Below, piece by piece: positions 27,246-38,165 of a stretch of 64,000 nucleotides of DNA (position 1 is the stretch's first letter; each line of letters starts with the position of its first letter). The DNA comes from Clostridia bacterium (GTDB taxonomy: Bacteria > Bacillota > Clostridia > Christensenellales > UBA1242). The stretch is taken from the NCBI GenBank assembly GCA_045655005.1, contig JAZOOJ010000001.1, positions 19,473 to 83,472 on the forward strand, given 5' to 3'. The notes beneath the pieces are model-generated. The model was not told the DNA's origin and did not search any database. It was given only the letters and a program-made list of their open reading frames with translations. Made by a program: the position numbers and the translations under genes.

Positions 27246-28035
27246 AAATATTAAATTCTTCGTTTTGAGTGTTTTTAGCCTTTGATGTTCCAGTTATTGG
27301 CATTTTTGATACATTTAATTGTTGTACCGTTAATGTTTGTTTTGGTTGCTCGAAGATTAAGCTTGGTGATTGAAGAACTTTTTCATCGTTTGATGATACT
27401 CTTAATGTACTTGTATACATACATAATTCACCATTAGAATCGTTTGCACATTGATGATAGGTTACATCGTAATATACAACATTGTTATCATTTTGTGGGT
27501 TACGAATACTCTTAATAGAAGGTTTGCCAACAGCAGATGGCACACTTTCTGTTACAACATTGTCAACATTAACAACTTCAATAATTTTTGCGTCTTTAAT
27601 TATTTCAAGTATTTCACTTAAAACTTCTTCGTCGTATTTCTTACCATCTTTTGGATTTTCTAACATAGTGTTAAATGCCTTATTGAAATCATCGTCACCG
27701 AGTTCATAGGCAACTTTAACAGCGTCTATTTGTTTACCATTGTTAACGGCTTCGCCCTTGACAACCATCGATTTCCCTGTTTCACTTTTGTTATCGCTTG
27801 GATTTAATTCAATTCCGGATAATTCAAATTCATTAACATTAATTTGTTCGCTAATGGTTGTTTCAAAGTTGTTAATCAAATCCTTGTATCCAATCCTGTC
27901 TGCAATTCCATCACGAATGGCAAACACGGAACAAACACCAGTTGCTGTTAGCAATCCTATAACGCATACACCCAAAATTGCATCAATTATACTTCTTTTG
28001 TTATCATTGTACATATCATCGTCATCATTGTACAT
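27244..28035 (-). CDS. Membrane-anchored hypothetical protein
   Basis: Start set at ATG 28035 (ggaggt RBS). The N-terminus MYNDDDDMYNDN is followed by one TM helix (AILGVCVIGLLTATGVCSVFAI) and a hydrophilic domain. Confidence 0.6.
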   Translation of the reverse strand: MYNDDDDMYNDNKRSIIDAILGVCVIGLLTATGVCSVFAIRDGIADRIGYKDLINNFETTISEQINVNEFELSGIELNPSDNKSETGKSMVVKGEAVNNGKQIDAVKVAYELGDDDFNKAFNTMLENPKDGKKYDEEVLSEILEIIKDAKIIEVVNVDNVVTESVPSAVGKPSIKSIRNPQNDNNVVYYDVTYHQCANDSNGELCMYTSTLRVSSNDEKVLQSPSLIFEQPKQTLTVQQLNVSKMPITGTSKAKNTQNEEFNI

Positions 28036-28483
28036 ATCACACCTCCGTAAATTTATGGTACCATAAGCAATGTTTAAAGTCAACTAATTATTGTGAGTTA
28101 TTTTTAACACAATTTACCGATTTATAAAGATATTCTAAGTGTAGGGTAGAATAAAGAAAAATCAACCCTCAATTACGGGGACCAACACAAAATGTGATAA
28201 TTTGCAAATTTGAGCAAAGTTGTGGCAGAAAATTAATTTTATAAAACCATAACAAAAATTTAGTAAATTACTAAATGATTTCATTTGTTTTCACTAAAAA
28301 GACTTTACAAAAGAATTTAAAGTATTGTATAATGAATTTACAAATAGTTTAGGCAAATATTATTGATTGATATTTGCTTTTTACCTATCAAAAAAATAAA
28401 TATATCGATTGCTATTGTTATTTTTTAATAACAATCTTGATAAACGCTTTAAAACAAAAATTTTTAGCGAAGGGGATAAATTT

Positions 28484-29206
28484 ATGGGAAATAATCAAAA
28501 TATATATAATACTTGGCTTACCAATCAACCAATTGCTCACAGGGGTATTTTTGATAATGAGGAAGTCGCAGAGAACAGCTTGTCTGCATTCAAAGCTTGT
28601 GTTGAAAGGGGCTGTCCTATTGAGATTGATGTAAGAGTTACAAAGGATAAAAAGGTTGTTGTTTTTCACGATGATAAACTTTGCAGAATGACAGATATTG
28701 ATGGATATGTAAGCCATTTGACATATGAAGAAATAAAGGGTGCAAAACTTCTTAAAACAAATGACACAATTCCAACCCTTGAAGAAGTTTTGGCGCTTGT
28801 TAATGGCAGTGTACCACTTTTGATTGAAATCAAAAATATTGGTGGCGTAACATACGAAAAGGAACTTTATGAGATTTTAAGAAATTATAGGGGTGAATAC
28901 GCAATTCAATCTTTCAGTCCATTAATTTTAGAGTGGTTTAAGTTAAACGCTCCAATGGTAAAACGTGGACAACTTGCATCATTCTTCAAAAATGAAAAGG
29001 AATTGAACCCAATTATTAGATATTCATTAAAAAGATTAAAACAAAACAAACGTAGCGATCCAGACTTTATCAGTTATAAACTTGAAGACCTTCCAAACAA
29101 GTATGTTAAGAAGGCAGGGCTTCCAGTAATTGCTTGGACAATTACCTCTGAAGATGAAGTAAAAAGAGCAAAGGCTGTTGCTGATAACTATATTTTCCAA
29201 ATGTAA
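28484..29206 (+). CDS. Glycerophosphodiester phosphodiesterase family protein
   Basis: IAHRG...ENSLSAF...IEIDVRVTKDKKVVVFHDD motifs. Start moved to ATG 28484 (aagggga RBS). Confidence 0.8.
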   Translation: MGNNQNIYNTWLTNQPIAHRGIFDNEEVAENSLSAFKACVERGCPIEIDVRVTKDKKVVVFHDDKLCRMTDIDGYVSHLTYEEIKGAKLLKTNDTIPTLEEVLALVNGSVPLLIEIKNIGGVTYEKELYEILRNYRGEYAIQSFSPLILEWFKLNAPMVKRGQLASFFKNEKELNPIIRYSLKRLKQNKRSDPDFISYKLEDLPNKYVKKAGLPVIAWTITSEDEVKRAKAVADNYIFQM

Positions 29207-29265
29207 TGAAGAACCAAGAGTTTTCGCATAATTGATGATTAAAATTTTAAACAGAGTGAGAGATA

Positions 29266-29847
29266 ATGATATTAACAATAACAGGGGCGCCTTGTAGCGG
29301 GAAGTCAACCGTTGCAAGAATGCTTGAATTAAAATACGGTTTTGACAGAATGAGCACGGGCAAAATTGTGCGTGATATGGCGAAAGAACGTGGCATAGAC
29401 ATCGTTGAAATGCAAGAAGTGCTAAATGCCGACCCTACCATTGACCAAAAAATTGAAGAACGACAAAAGCAGATTGGTATAGAGCGTGCCGATGACAAAT
29501 TAATTATGGAAGCAAGGCTTGCGTGGTATGCAGTACCACATTCTTTTAAGGTGTATGTAACAATCCCAGAAGATGAAATGGCAAAAAGGTTTTTAGCAGA
29601 TGGGGAAAGAGCAGGAGATAATGACAAGGTGGTGTCAACTATTGAAGAAGCAAGTGAGATTTTAGCATATCGCAAAAACCAAGAAATTGAAAGATATAAA
29701 AAAATATACAATGTTGATTTGTCTGATATGTCTAATTTTGACTTAGTTGTCGAAAATTACAATAAAACACCAGAACAAACAGCAGACGAAATTTATGAAG
29801 CATACAAAAAGTATGCAAAAAAGAATAAACAGAAAGGTATTAAATAA
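29266..29847 (+). CDS. Cytidylate kinase-like family P-loop kinase
   Basis: [21 protein letters not shown]-loop at the N-terminus, about 190 aa. The stop overlaps the lepA start (TAATG). Confidence 0.6.
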   Translation: MILTITGAPCSGKSTVARMLELKYGFDRMSTGKIVRDMAKERGIDIVEMQEVLNADPTIDQKIEERQKQIGIERADDKLIMEARLAWYAVPHSFKVYVTIPEDEMAKRFLADGERAGDNDKVVSTIEEASEILAYRKNQEIERYKKIYNVDLSDMSNFDLVVENYNKTPEQTADEIYEAYKKYAKKNKQKGIK

Positions 29848-31640
29848 TGAGCGACCAAAAGCATATACGAAATTTCAGTATTATTGCACATATAGACCAC
29901 GGAAAATCAACTCTTGCGGACAGACTTATGGAAATTTCTGGAACGGTTTCTAAAAGGGACAGTAAAGAACAACTTTTAGACAGTATGGAGTTAGAGCGTG
30001 AGCGTGGTATTACAATAAAATTAACGCCAGTTACAATGAAATATAACTACAAGGGCGTTGATTATACATTGAACTTAATTGACACCCCAGGTCACGTTGA
30101 CTTTACTTATGAAGTATCAAGGTCATTGGTTGCGTGCGAAGGGGCTATTTTAATTGTTGACGCAAGCCAAGGTGTTGAAGCGCAAACATTGGCAAATTGT
30201 TATATGGCACTTGAAAATGATTTAGAAATTTTGCCGGTATTAAATAAAATTGATTTGCCAAGCAGTCGACCTGACGAAGTAAAGAAAGAGATTGAAGACA
30301 TAATTGGTTTAGATGCACAAAATTGCCCAATGGTATCTGCAAAAGACGGAACCAATTGTGAACAGGTTTTGGCAGAGATTATCGAAAAAGTTGCTCCACC
30401 CAATGGAAATCCAAATGCACCACTAAAAGCCTTGATTTTTGATAGTTATTATGATAACTTCAAAGGTGCAGTTTGCTTGGTTAGAATAGTAGATGGAGAA
30501 ATTCGCAAAGGCGATAAAATTATAATGATGCAATCAGGTAAGACTTATGATGTTACCGAAGTTGGAATTTTTTCGCCAAAGCCACAAGAAAAAGATTTCC
30601 TTCGTGCCGGTGAAGTTGGTTATATTACCGCAAGCATTAAGACAGTAAGTGATATTCGTGTCGGTGACACAATTACTCATGTGGGCAGAGAAACTGCAAC
30701 GCCATTGGACGGATATAAAGAAGTTCAACCTATGGTGTTCAGCGGAATTTTCCCACTTGATGGAAGTAAGTTCAATGACTTAAAAGATGCACTTGACAAA
30801 CTCAAACTCAACGATGCGTCGCTTGTATTTCAAAAGGAAACCTCAAATGCACTTGGACTTGGATTTAGATGTGGGTTCTTGGGGCTTTTACATATGGATA
30901 TCATTACAGAAAGGCTTTCAAGAGAATTTAACATTGAAATTATAACAACGGCACCAAGCGTTTCGTACAATGTGTATAAGACTAACGGCGATATGCTTGA
31001 AATAAAGACTCCGTCAAATCTTCCACCAACCACAGAGATTGCAAGAATTGAAGAACCAATCGTAAAGGCTGAAATTTATACTCCGCCAGAATATGTTGGG
31101 GTTTTAATGGAACTTTGCAAAAATTCTCGTGGTGAGTATAAGAATATGACATACATTGACAAGGCAAGAGTACAACTTTCCTATGAATTACCGCTGAATG
31201 AAATTGTTTTTGATTTCTTTGACCAACTAAAAAGTATAAGTCACGGCTATGCAAGTTTTGACTATGCTTTGAACGGCTATAAACCGTCTGACCTTGTAAA
31301 ATTGGATATATTGCTAAACGGAGAAATCTGTGACGCACTTTCGCTTATAGTTTTCCGTGGTAACGCTGAAACAAGAGGCAGAGGAATTTGTGAAAAGCTT
31401 AAAGAAACCATTTCAAGGCAGTTATTTGAAATCCCAATCCAAGCAGTTGTTGGCGGAAAAATTATTGCAAGAGAAACGGTAAAAGCACTTAGAAAAGACG
31501 TTACAGCGAAGTGTTATGGTGGCGACATTTCAAGAAAAAGAAAACTTCTTGAAAAGCAGAAAGAAGGTAAAAAACGTATGCGTAAACTTGGCAACGTCGA
31601 ACTTCCAGCCGAAGCATTTATTGAGATATTAAAAAGATAA
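29847..31640 (+). CDS. lepA: Translation elongation factor 4 (LepA)
   Basis: [29 protein letters not shown] and NKIDL GTPase motifs, with a LepA-specific C-terminus. Confidence 0.95.
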   Translation: MSDQKHIRNFSIIAHIDHGKSTLADRLMEISGTVSKRDSKEQLLDSMELERERGITIKLTPVTMKYNYKGVDYTLNLIDTPGHVDFTYEVSRSLVACEGAILIVDASQGVEAQTLANCYMALENDLEILPVLNKIDLPSSRPDEVKKEIEDIIGLDAQNCPMVSAKDGTNCEQVLAEIIEKVAPPNGNPNAPLKALIFDSYYDNFKGAVCLVRIVDGEIRKGDKIIMMQSGKTYDVTEVGIFSPKPQEKDFLRAGEVGYITASIKTVSDIRVGDTITHVGRETATPLDGYKEVQPMVFSGIFPLDGSKFNDLKDALDKLKLNDASLVFQKETSNALGLGFRCGFLGLLHMDIITERLSREFNIEIITTAPSVSYNVYKTNGDMLEIKTPSNLPPTTEIARIEEPIVKAEIYTPPEYVGVLMELCKNSRGEYKNMTYIDKARVQLSYELPLNEIVFDFFDQLKSISHGYASFDYALNGYKPSDLVKLDILLNGEICDALSLIVFRGNAETRGRGICEKLKETISRQLFEIPIQAVVGGKIIARETVKALRKDVTAKCYGGDISRKRKLLEKQKEGKKRMRKLGNVELPAEAFIEILKR

Positions 31641-31659
31641 AAAATAACGAAAAGCCCTA

Positions 31660-31688
31660 TTGACAAAATGGGGCTTTAATTGTATAAT
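31660..31688 (+). promoter_or_regulatory. Consensus sigma-A promoter (TTGACA-17-TATAAT) embedded in the lepA 3' hairpin
   Basis: TTGACA at 31660-31665 and TATAAT at 31683-31688. The -35 lies in the loop of the aaagccc/gggcttt hairpin. Confidence 0.6.
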
Positions 31689-31740
31689 TTGGATAGGTGA
31701 AAGTGCTCACTTTTTTAGGGATTTACGGTGGGGGAGAATT

Positions 31741-32148
31741 ATGGAAAATTTAAGAATGTCAGCATCAGATTTTCATTTTATAACCGACTATATTGCATAT
31801 ATTGACGAATTTAGTTATGAAAGAGAGGTTACGCTTGTTCGGGCAAAAAACCCAGATATTCAAGGATTTGCAATTGTTCAAGGGAATGAAACCAGAGGCT
31901 ATGAGTTTTTGGTTTTAAATGACAGAGATGAATTTGATGAATTTGCACATGAATTAAAAACAAATGATTTCAGAATTTCAGAGATTGAACTTGGTGATGA
32001 TGAAAAAAAATTGCTGAAAGAAAAGTATGTTGTCGGTGGAGCAAAATCTCACTCATACACAATTGGAATTGATAAAGAAAGAAACATAATATATGTCGAG
32101 CATAAGCAATCTCAAAACAATATTGAAAATAGTGTAGAATTTGTATAA
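31741..32148 (+). CDS. Hypothetical protein (135 aa)
   Basis: Start moved to ATG 31741 (gggggag RBS). No motif recognised. Confidence 0.55.
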   Translation: MENLRMSASDFHFITDYIAYIDEFSYEREVTLVRAKNPDIQGFAIVQGNETRGYEFLVLNDRDEFDEFAHELKTNDFRISEIELGDDEKKLLKEKYVVGGAKSHSYTIGIDKERNIIYVEHKQSQNNIENSVEFV

Positions 32149-32233
32149 TATATAATAGCAACTGAATTAGGTTGCTATTTTTTTTTGCCTGTGATATACT
32201 AAAAATACTATTTTTGGGGGAGAGATGACATTT

Positions 32234-33376
32234 ATGCGTAAACCACTAAGCCTATATATTCACATACCGTTTTGTTTGTCTAAGTGCCACTATTGTGCTT
32301 TTGTAAGTCAAGTTGCTGGTGAAGAGTTCAAAACTTCTTATGTAGATGCTTTGATTGAAGAAATTAAAATGCGTGGAAAGACTTATAATGCGAAGTACGA
32401 AGTACAAACAATTTATATTGGCGGGGGAACTCCGTCAAGTTTAGGGTTGGGTAAAATTAAGGCAATAATGAACACTATTTACAAAAATTTTACCGTAAAG
32501 AATGATGCAGAAATTACTATTGAAGTTAATCCAAACACGCTTAATCCAGAGAAAATAGAGGAGTACTTAGCGGAAGGTATTAACAGATTTTCTCTTGGTC
32601 TTCAAGCGGTTCAGGGAAGACTTTTGAATATTATTGGAAGGACCCATAGTTATCAAGATTTTAGAAGGGCGGTATTAATGCTTAAAGATGCAGGGGTAAC
32701 AAATATCAGTGCAGACCTAATGCTTGGTCTTCCAACGCAAACGGTAGAAGATGTGAAAGAAAGTATCAAAATGCTTGCGGGACTTGATGTAAAGCACGTA
32801 AGTGCGTATATATTATCTATCGAAGAAGGTACAAAATTTCACAAACTTATGGAAGCAAATCTGCTTGAACTTCCTGATGAAAATGATACAATTCAAATGT
32901 ACAATACCGCTGTTAATGAATTAGAAAAGCGTGGCTTTAAAAGATATGAGTTTTCTAATTTTGGCCAAGTTGGGTATCGTTCGAAGCATAACACAGTTTA
33001 TTGGGACAGAAAACCATATCTTGGGCTTGGGGTGTCTGCGCACAGTTTTGTTGATGGATACAGAATGGCAAATACCGATGATGTTCATGAATATATCTCA
33101 CACATAAACAAGCAAGAAATCCCATTAAGCGATAAAGACCAGTTGAGTGAAACAGACGCAAAAGAAGAAACAATAATGTTATCTTTAAGGCTGGCAGAAG
33201 GAATTGACCTTGCTCGGTATGAAAAAGATTTCGGAGTGAGTTTACTAACTGAGAAAAATGAAGTTATAACATCGCTTATCAAAAACAAGTTTATAGTAAT
33301 AGATAAAGACAACCGACTTCGTGCAACTAATCAAGGCTTTTTAGTAATGGATAAAATAATTTCGATGTTGGTTTAA
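32234..33376 (+). CDS. hemW: Radical SAM heme chaperone HemW (HemN-like)
   Basis: LYIHIPFCLSKCHYCAF (CX3CX2C). Conserved position after lepA. ATG 32234 is preferred over 32225 on RBS spacing. Confidence 0.88.
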   Translation: MRKPLSLYIHIPFCLSKCHYCAFVSQVAGEEFKTSYVDALIEEIKMRGKTYNAKYEVQTIYIGGGTPSSLGLGKIKAIMNTIYKNFTVKNDAEITIEVNPNTLNPEKIEEYLAEGINRFSLGLQAVQGRLLNIIGRTHSYQDFRRAVLMLKDAGVTNISADLMLGLPTQTVEDVKESIKMLAGLDVKHVSAYILSIEEGTKFHKLMEANLLELPDENDTIQMYNTAVNELEKRGFKRYEFSNFGQVGYRSKHNTVYWDRKPYLGLGVSAHSFVDGYRMANTDDVHEYISHINKQEIPLSDKDQLSETDAKEETIMLSLRLAEGIDLARYEKDFGVSLLTEKNEVITSLIKNKFIVIDKDNRLRATNQGFLVMDKIISMLV

Positions 33377-33395
33377 ATGGGGAGTATGTATTTGT

Positions 33396-34412
33396 ATGAC
33401 AAATAGAGAGAATAGCAAAGTTAGGGTAGGCTCATTGATTTTCACTATAATTTTTCTAGGCTTTATACTGTCTATGCTAGTGTATGGTTGTGTAAACAGC
33501 CTTAGAGATAATGATTATATTGAATATAAAGAAAAGTACGATAAATATTATGAGCATCAATTAAATTATTTAATGAATACGCCAATTGAAGCGGGTGATA
33601 AATATAACTCAGACAAACTATGTAAAATTATTACATTAAGTTTTACACCTACTGGAAATCCATTTACATCAAACGGCAAAGTTTATTATGCTCAGTACAC
33701 TGCAATAATTTACAATAATTCTGATGAAGATGTTTTAGATGTTGAAGCATTTTTTCCTTATGTTTCATATTTAGGAGTAAAAGGTTCAAGATGGGTTTGG
33801 TGTGAGAAGATAAGTGCAAATTCTTATGCAAGGGTTACAATAAGTTCATCTAATCACGAAGATATTGAACTTTTAGGTTTTGCATATGTATCAACAGAAG
33901 ATTGCACAGGTCAAGCAATATGCTATAAAGAGACAGGGAACGATATACAGTTGTCGGTTGAAGATGCAAAAAAGTTGATTGATGAAGACGTTATTAATAA
34001 TATCGTTGGTGGCAAAGTCGAACCATTGTCACAAGCTCAATTAATAGAACTTGCTTTGCCAATGCTTATTGTTGCGGGCATTTTTGGAATAATGATTATT
34101 TCGGTTATTATTAAAAGTATTATAGTAATAAAGAAGTTAAGAAGTGGGAAATATGTAGTGGTAAATGGTAGACTTCTTTCAATATACGACCCAGAAGCAA
34201 TAAATAGAGTTCGTAATCAGGCGGACGAGGCAAAACTTCGTCAAATTGCAGAAGAAAAAGGCTATTCTCCAAAAGAATATTATCAAAAGCTGAAAGAACT
34301 TGATCAAAAGCCTCTTCCATCAGATTTTGACGATGGGCATCCAACGAATCATAATTGTGGTGGTTTCGATATTGACCCAGACGACTTTAAAATTGACCCA
34401 AATAATTATTAA
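33396..34412 (+). CDS. Two-TM membrane protein, function unknown (338 aa)
   Basis: N-terminal TM, a domain of about 190 aa, a second TM (LPMLIVAGIFGIMIISVIIKSIIVI), then a charged tail. Confidence 0.6.
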   Translation: MTNRENSKVRVGSLIFTIIFLGFILSMLVYGCVNSLRDNDYIEYKEKYDKYYEHQLNYLMNTPIEAGDKYNSDKLCKIITLSFTPTGNPFTSNGKVYYAQYTAIIYNNSDEDVLDVEAFFPYVSYLGVKGSRWVWCEKISANSYARVTISSSNHEDIELLGFAYVSTEDCTGQAICYKETGNDIQLSVEDAKKLIDEDVINNIVGGKVEPLSQAQLIELALPMLIVAGIFGIMIISVIIKSIIVIKKLRSGKYVVVNGRLLSIYDPEAINRVRNQADEAKLRQIAEEKGYSPKEYYQKLKELDQKPLPSDFDDGHPTNHNCGGFDIDPDDFKIDPNNY

Positions 34413-34448
34413 GATTAAAAATTTCACAGAAAAATCTGTCAAAAATTC

Positions 34449-34477
34449 TTGACAGGTTTTTTTGTTAGTGTTACAAT
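34449..34477 (+). promoter_or_regulatory. Sigma-A promoter of the hrcA-grpE-dnaK-dnaJ operon (TTGACA-17-TACAAT)
   Basis: TTGACA at 34449-34454 and TACAAT at 34472-34477, immediately upstream of CIRCE. Confidence 0.75.
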
Positions 34478-34479
34478 AA

Positions 34480-34506
34480 TTAGCAGTTGGCAACAGAGAG
34501 TGCTAA
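34480..34506 (+). promoter_or_regulatory. CIRCE operator (HrcA binding site)
   Basis: TTAGCAGTT-N9-GAGTGCTAA versus consensus TTAGCACTC-N9-GAGTGCTAA. Located between the -10 element and hrcA. Confidence 0.88.
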
Positions 34507-34571
34507 CAGACAAGTATAAAAGAGTGCTAAGTGGCATATAATTATTACTAGAAGGAAGGTGAGAATTATTT

Positions 34572-35678
34572 ATGCTAAGTGAGCGAAAGAAAAAAATCTT
34601 GCAAGCGGTTATTGATGAAAATATTAAAAGTGCAGAACCTATTTCAAGTAAGGAATTACAAACCAAATATTTTGATTCGGTATCAAGTGCAACAATCAGA
34701 AATGAATTGATGGGGCTGGAAGAACTTGGGTATTTGTCGCACCCGCACACATCAAGTGGCAGGGTTCCAACGGCAACCGGTTTTAAAAAGTATATTGAAG
34801 AATTGATGCCAGAAAGACGTTTAACCGAAAAAGAAATTGAACATTTGGAAGCAAGTTTTAATAAAAAGATTGACGGCCTTGAAGACTTGGTATCATTAAC
34901 TGCAAAATCTATTTCAGAGGTTACGACCTTAGCGTCGGTAGTTTATATGGGCGTTACCGGAGATGCATCTATTGAAGGAATTAAACTTTTAAAACTAACC
35001 GATGACAGTTGTTTGGTTGTAATTGTTACCGACCTTGGGGTTATACGTGATATTACAATTCAAATTCCACCAAACGTATCTGACGAGGATTGTATAACGG
35101 CGGGCAAGATTTTAACTGAATCGATTGCGGGAAGAACAATTGCCGAACTTAAAGATGGCCGACGACTGAATGAAGAGGTAATGCAAAGTCTTGATAATTA
35201 TCGTATGTTTTTTGATTTGATTATCGAAGCACTTAAGTCAAGGGAAGATAAACCGGTTGTTAGATATGGCGGAGCATCAAAACTTCTTGAGCAACCAGAG
35301 TACAAATCTATTGAAAAAGCACAAAAAGCGATGACTATTTTTGAGAATAAAGAGATATTAACTCCGTTAATTGAAAGTGGGAATGACTTAGAAATAAGCA
35401 TAAGTGTTGGTGCAAATGAAGATGAAGATTGTTCGGTTGTGTCTGCGACTTATAAGATAAACGGCAAAAATGTTGGACGTGCGGGTGTTATTGGGCCTGT
35501 CAGAATGGACTACGCAAAGGCAGTTTCTGTTCTTCGAGAAATTAATCAGACGATTGAAAAAAATGTTGACTTTGTTGGATTAAAACCTAAAAATAAACAT
35601 TCGATTGAAGACCGAAAGTTTTTAGATGGCAAAATCGATAAACAAGATAAAAAGGAGAAGACTAACAAAAATGAGTGA
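34572..35678 (+). CDS. hrcA: Heat-inducible transcription repressor HrcA
   Basis: N-terminal winged-helix LSERKKKILQAVIDE...SSKEL. Position upstream of grpE-dnaK, and CIRCE lies upstream. Confidence 0.9.
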   Translation: MLSERKKKILQAVIDENIKSAEPISSKELQTKYFDSVSSATIRNELMGLEELGYLSHPHTSSGRVPTATGFKKYIEELMPERRLTEKEIEHLEASFNKKIDGLEDLVSLTAKSISEVTTLASVVYMGVTGDASIEGIKLLKLTDDSCLVVIVTDLGVIRDITIQIPPNVSDEDCITAGKILTESIAGRTIAELKDGRRLNEEVMQSLDNYRMFFDLIIEALKSREDKPVVRYGGASKLLEQPEYKSIEKAQKAMTIFENKEILTPLIESGNDLEISISVGANEDEDCSVVSATYKINGKNVGRAGVIGPVRMDYAKAVSVLREINQTIEKNVDFVGLKPKNKHSIEDRKFLDGKIDKQDKKEKTNKNE

Positions 35679-36228
35679 AAAGAAAAAATCAAAGGCAAGC
35701 GAAAGTAAGGACGAACATCTTTCAGAAGAAACCGAAGTTTTAGACATCACAACAATGGCTGAATTTAACAGAATGAAAGAAGAATTGTTCTTAGCAAAAG
35801 AAGCCGCAAAAGAAAGTATGGAAATGGTTAAAAACTTTAAAATGGACGTTGACCGTATTAAAGAAAGAGCGGAGTCTTTAAATGTTCAATTAACAGAAAA
35901 ACTTACTATTGAACTAGCAAAGAAGTTATTCCCAATACTTGATAACTTTGAAAAATCTCTTAAACACATTTCTAGCGATGCAGACAGGCAAGGTGTAGAG
36001 ATGATTTACAAATCAATTAAAAAAGCGTTAGAGGATATGGGCGTATATGAAGCAGAAGTTGCTTATGCAGTATTTGACCCAGAGAAAATGGAAGCAATTG
36101 CAACCGTTCATACTGACAACGAAGACAAACAAGGTATGGTTTGTGAGGTAATCAGAACGGGTTATTTCTATGAACCATCAGATAAAGTTATAAGATATAC
36201 CCAAGTTGCGGTATACACAACAGATTAG
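35671..36228 (+). CDS. grpE: Nucleotide exchange factor GrpE
   Basis: Position between hrcA and dnaK. Coiled-coil N-terminus plus a C-terminal beta domain (VIRTGYFYEPSDKVIRYTQVAV). The start is either ATG 35671 or 35626. Confidence 0.85.
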   Translation: MSEKKKSKASESKDEHLSEETEVLDITTMAEFNRMKEELFLAKEAAKESMEMVKNFKMDVDRIKERAESLNVQLTEKLTIELAKKLFPILDNFEKSLKHISSDADRQGVEMIYKSIKKALEDMGVYEAEVAYAVFDPEKMEAIATVHTDNEDKQGMVCEVIRTGYFYEPSDKVIRYTQVAVYTTD

Positions 36229-36267
36229 TCAAAACAAAAAAATATATATAAAGGGGAAATAAAAATT

Positions 36268-38070
36268 ATGGGAAAAATTATAGGAATTGACTTAGGAACA
36301 ACTAACTCATGCGTAGCGGTTATGGAAGGTGGCGAACCAGCTGTAATCCCTAACGCAGAAGGAAGCCGTACAACTCCATCGGTTGTAGGATTTTCAAAAG
36401 ATGGTGAAAGACTTGTTGGACAAGTTGCTAAGCGTCAAGCAGTAGCAAATGCTGACAATACAATCATCTCAATCAAAAGAGATATGGGCTCAGACAAAAA
36501 AGTTCACGCAGGAGGAAAAGATTACAGCCCACAAGAAATCTCTGCTATGATTTTAGGAAAATTAAAGGCAGATGCTGAAAAATATCTTGGACAAAAGGTA
36601 ACACAAGCGGTTATTACTGTTCCAGCATATTTCACAGACTCTCAACGTCAAGCAACAAAAGACGCTGGTAAAATTGCAGGTCTTGAAGTTTTAAGAATTA
36701 TCAACGAACCAACCGCAGCGGCACTTTCATATGGTTTAGATAAACTTGACAGTGCAAGCCAAAAGGTATTGGTTTATGACCTTGGTGGTGGTACATTTGG
36801 TATTTCTGTATTAGAAATCTCTGATGGCGTATTCCAAGTTTTAGCAACCGCAGGTAACAACAAACTTGGTGGAGATGACTTTGATGAAAGAATTATGAAT
36901 TACCTAATTGACGAATTTAAAAAGTCAGAAGGCATTGATTTAAGTAAAGATAAAATGGCTATGCAAAGACTTAAAGAGGCGTCTGAAAAGACAAAGATTG
37001 AACTTTCAGGTTGCTCTAAGAGTACTGTAAGTCTTCCATTTATCACCGCAGACGCAAGCGGACCAAAACACTTAGAAATTGATTTAACAAAGGCAAAATT
37101 TGAAAGCCTAATTGAAGACTTGGTTGAACAAACAATCACACTTACTAAAAAGGCTATGGCTGATGCAAAACTTGAAAAGAGCGACATCGCTAAAATCATT
37201 ATGGTTGGTGGCTCAACTCGTGTACCTATGGTAATTGATAAAGTTCGTGATTATCTTGGCAAAGAACCATTTACTGGAATCAACCCAGACGAATGTGTTG
37301 CAATTGGTGCAGCCGTTCAAGGTGGCGTACTTGGTGGAGATGTAAAAGACGTATTACTTCTTGACGTTACACCACTAAGCCTTGGTATTGAAACAATGGG
37401 TGGAGTATTCACAAAACTTATTGAAAGAAACACGACAATTCCAGCAAAGAAATCACAAGTATTCTCAACCGCAGCAGATAATCAACCAGGTGTTGATATT
37501 CACGTACTTCAAGGTGAAAGAGAACTTGCAGCATATAATAAAACTCTTGGAAGATTTGAACTTACCGGAATTCCACCAGCACCAAGAGGTGTTCCACAAA
37601 TCGAAGTTACATTTGACATCGATGCAAATGGTATCGTTCATGTAAGTGCAAAAGACTTAGGAACTGGAAAATCGCAAGATATTACAATTACTGCATCAAG
37701 CAACTTGTCTGATGATGAAATTGACAAGGCTGTTAAAGAGGCTGAACAATATGCAGAAGAAGACAAGAAGAGAAAAGAAGTTGTTGATACTAAAAACAGT
37801 CTTGACCAAATGATTGCTGGTATTGAAAAGGTTATGAAAGACAGTGGCGATAAACTAAGTGAAGAAGATAAGACAAAGTTAACCGGTGAGATGGAAAGTG
37901 CAAAAGACGTTTACAAAAACAGCGACGATATTGAAAAACTTAAAGAGGCATTAGATAATTTAACAAAGGTATCAAATGAAATCTTTACAAAACTTTATCA
38001 AAACGCTAATCCAAATCCAAACGGAGATGCAAACGCTGACGGCTCAAACCCAGACGGTCAAAACAACTAA
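36268..38070 (+). CDS. dnaK: Molecular chaperone DnaK (Hsp70)
   Basis: [22 protein letters not shown] and the rest of the Hsp70 signatures. Confidence 0.97.
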   Translation: MGKIIGIDLGTTNSCVAVMEGGEPAVIPNAEGSRTTPSVVGFSKDGERLVGQVAKRQAVANADNTIISIKRDMGSDKKVHAGGKDYSPQEISAMILGKLKADAEKYLGQKVTQAVITVPAYFTDSQRQATKDAGKIAGLEVLRIINEPTAAALSYGLDKLDSASQKVLVYDLGGGTFGISVLEISDGVFQVLATAGNNKLGGDDFDERIMNYLIDEFKKSEGIDLSKDKMAMQRLKEASEKTKIELSGCSKSTVSLPFITADASGPKHLEIDLTKAKFESLIEDLVEQTITLTKKAMADAKLEKSDIAKIIMVGGSTRVPMVIDKVRDYLGKEPFTGINPDECVAIGAAVQGGVLGGDVKDVLLLDVTPLSLGIETMGGVFTKLIERNTTIPAKKSQVFSTAADNQPGVDIHVLQGERELAAYNKTLGRFELTGIPPAPRGVPQIEVTFDIDANGIVHVSAKDLGTGKSQDITITASSNLSDDEIDKAVKEAEQYAEEDKKRKEVVDTKNSLDQMIAGIEKVMKDSGDKLSEEDKTKLTGEMESAKDVYKNSDDIEKLKEALDNLTKVSNEIFTKLYQNANPNPNGDANADGSNPDGQNN

Positions 38071-38165
38071 AATTAGTTAAATAAATTAAATTTTTAAAGG
38101 GCGACTGACAAATACAAAAATTGTTTTGCTGGTTGCCCTTAATATCATAAAAAGGAAAAACAAAG

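Noticed and set aside
27999-28035. Duplicated MYNDDDD/MYNDN codons (a 21-nt direct repeat, tcattgtacat x2 on the plus strand) at the 5' end of the 27244-28035 gene, considered as a slippage or phase-variation signal.
   Set aside because: There are only two short imperfect copies. Both Met codons are in frame, so copy-number change would not switch the gene off. It is more likely a trivial duplication.
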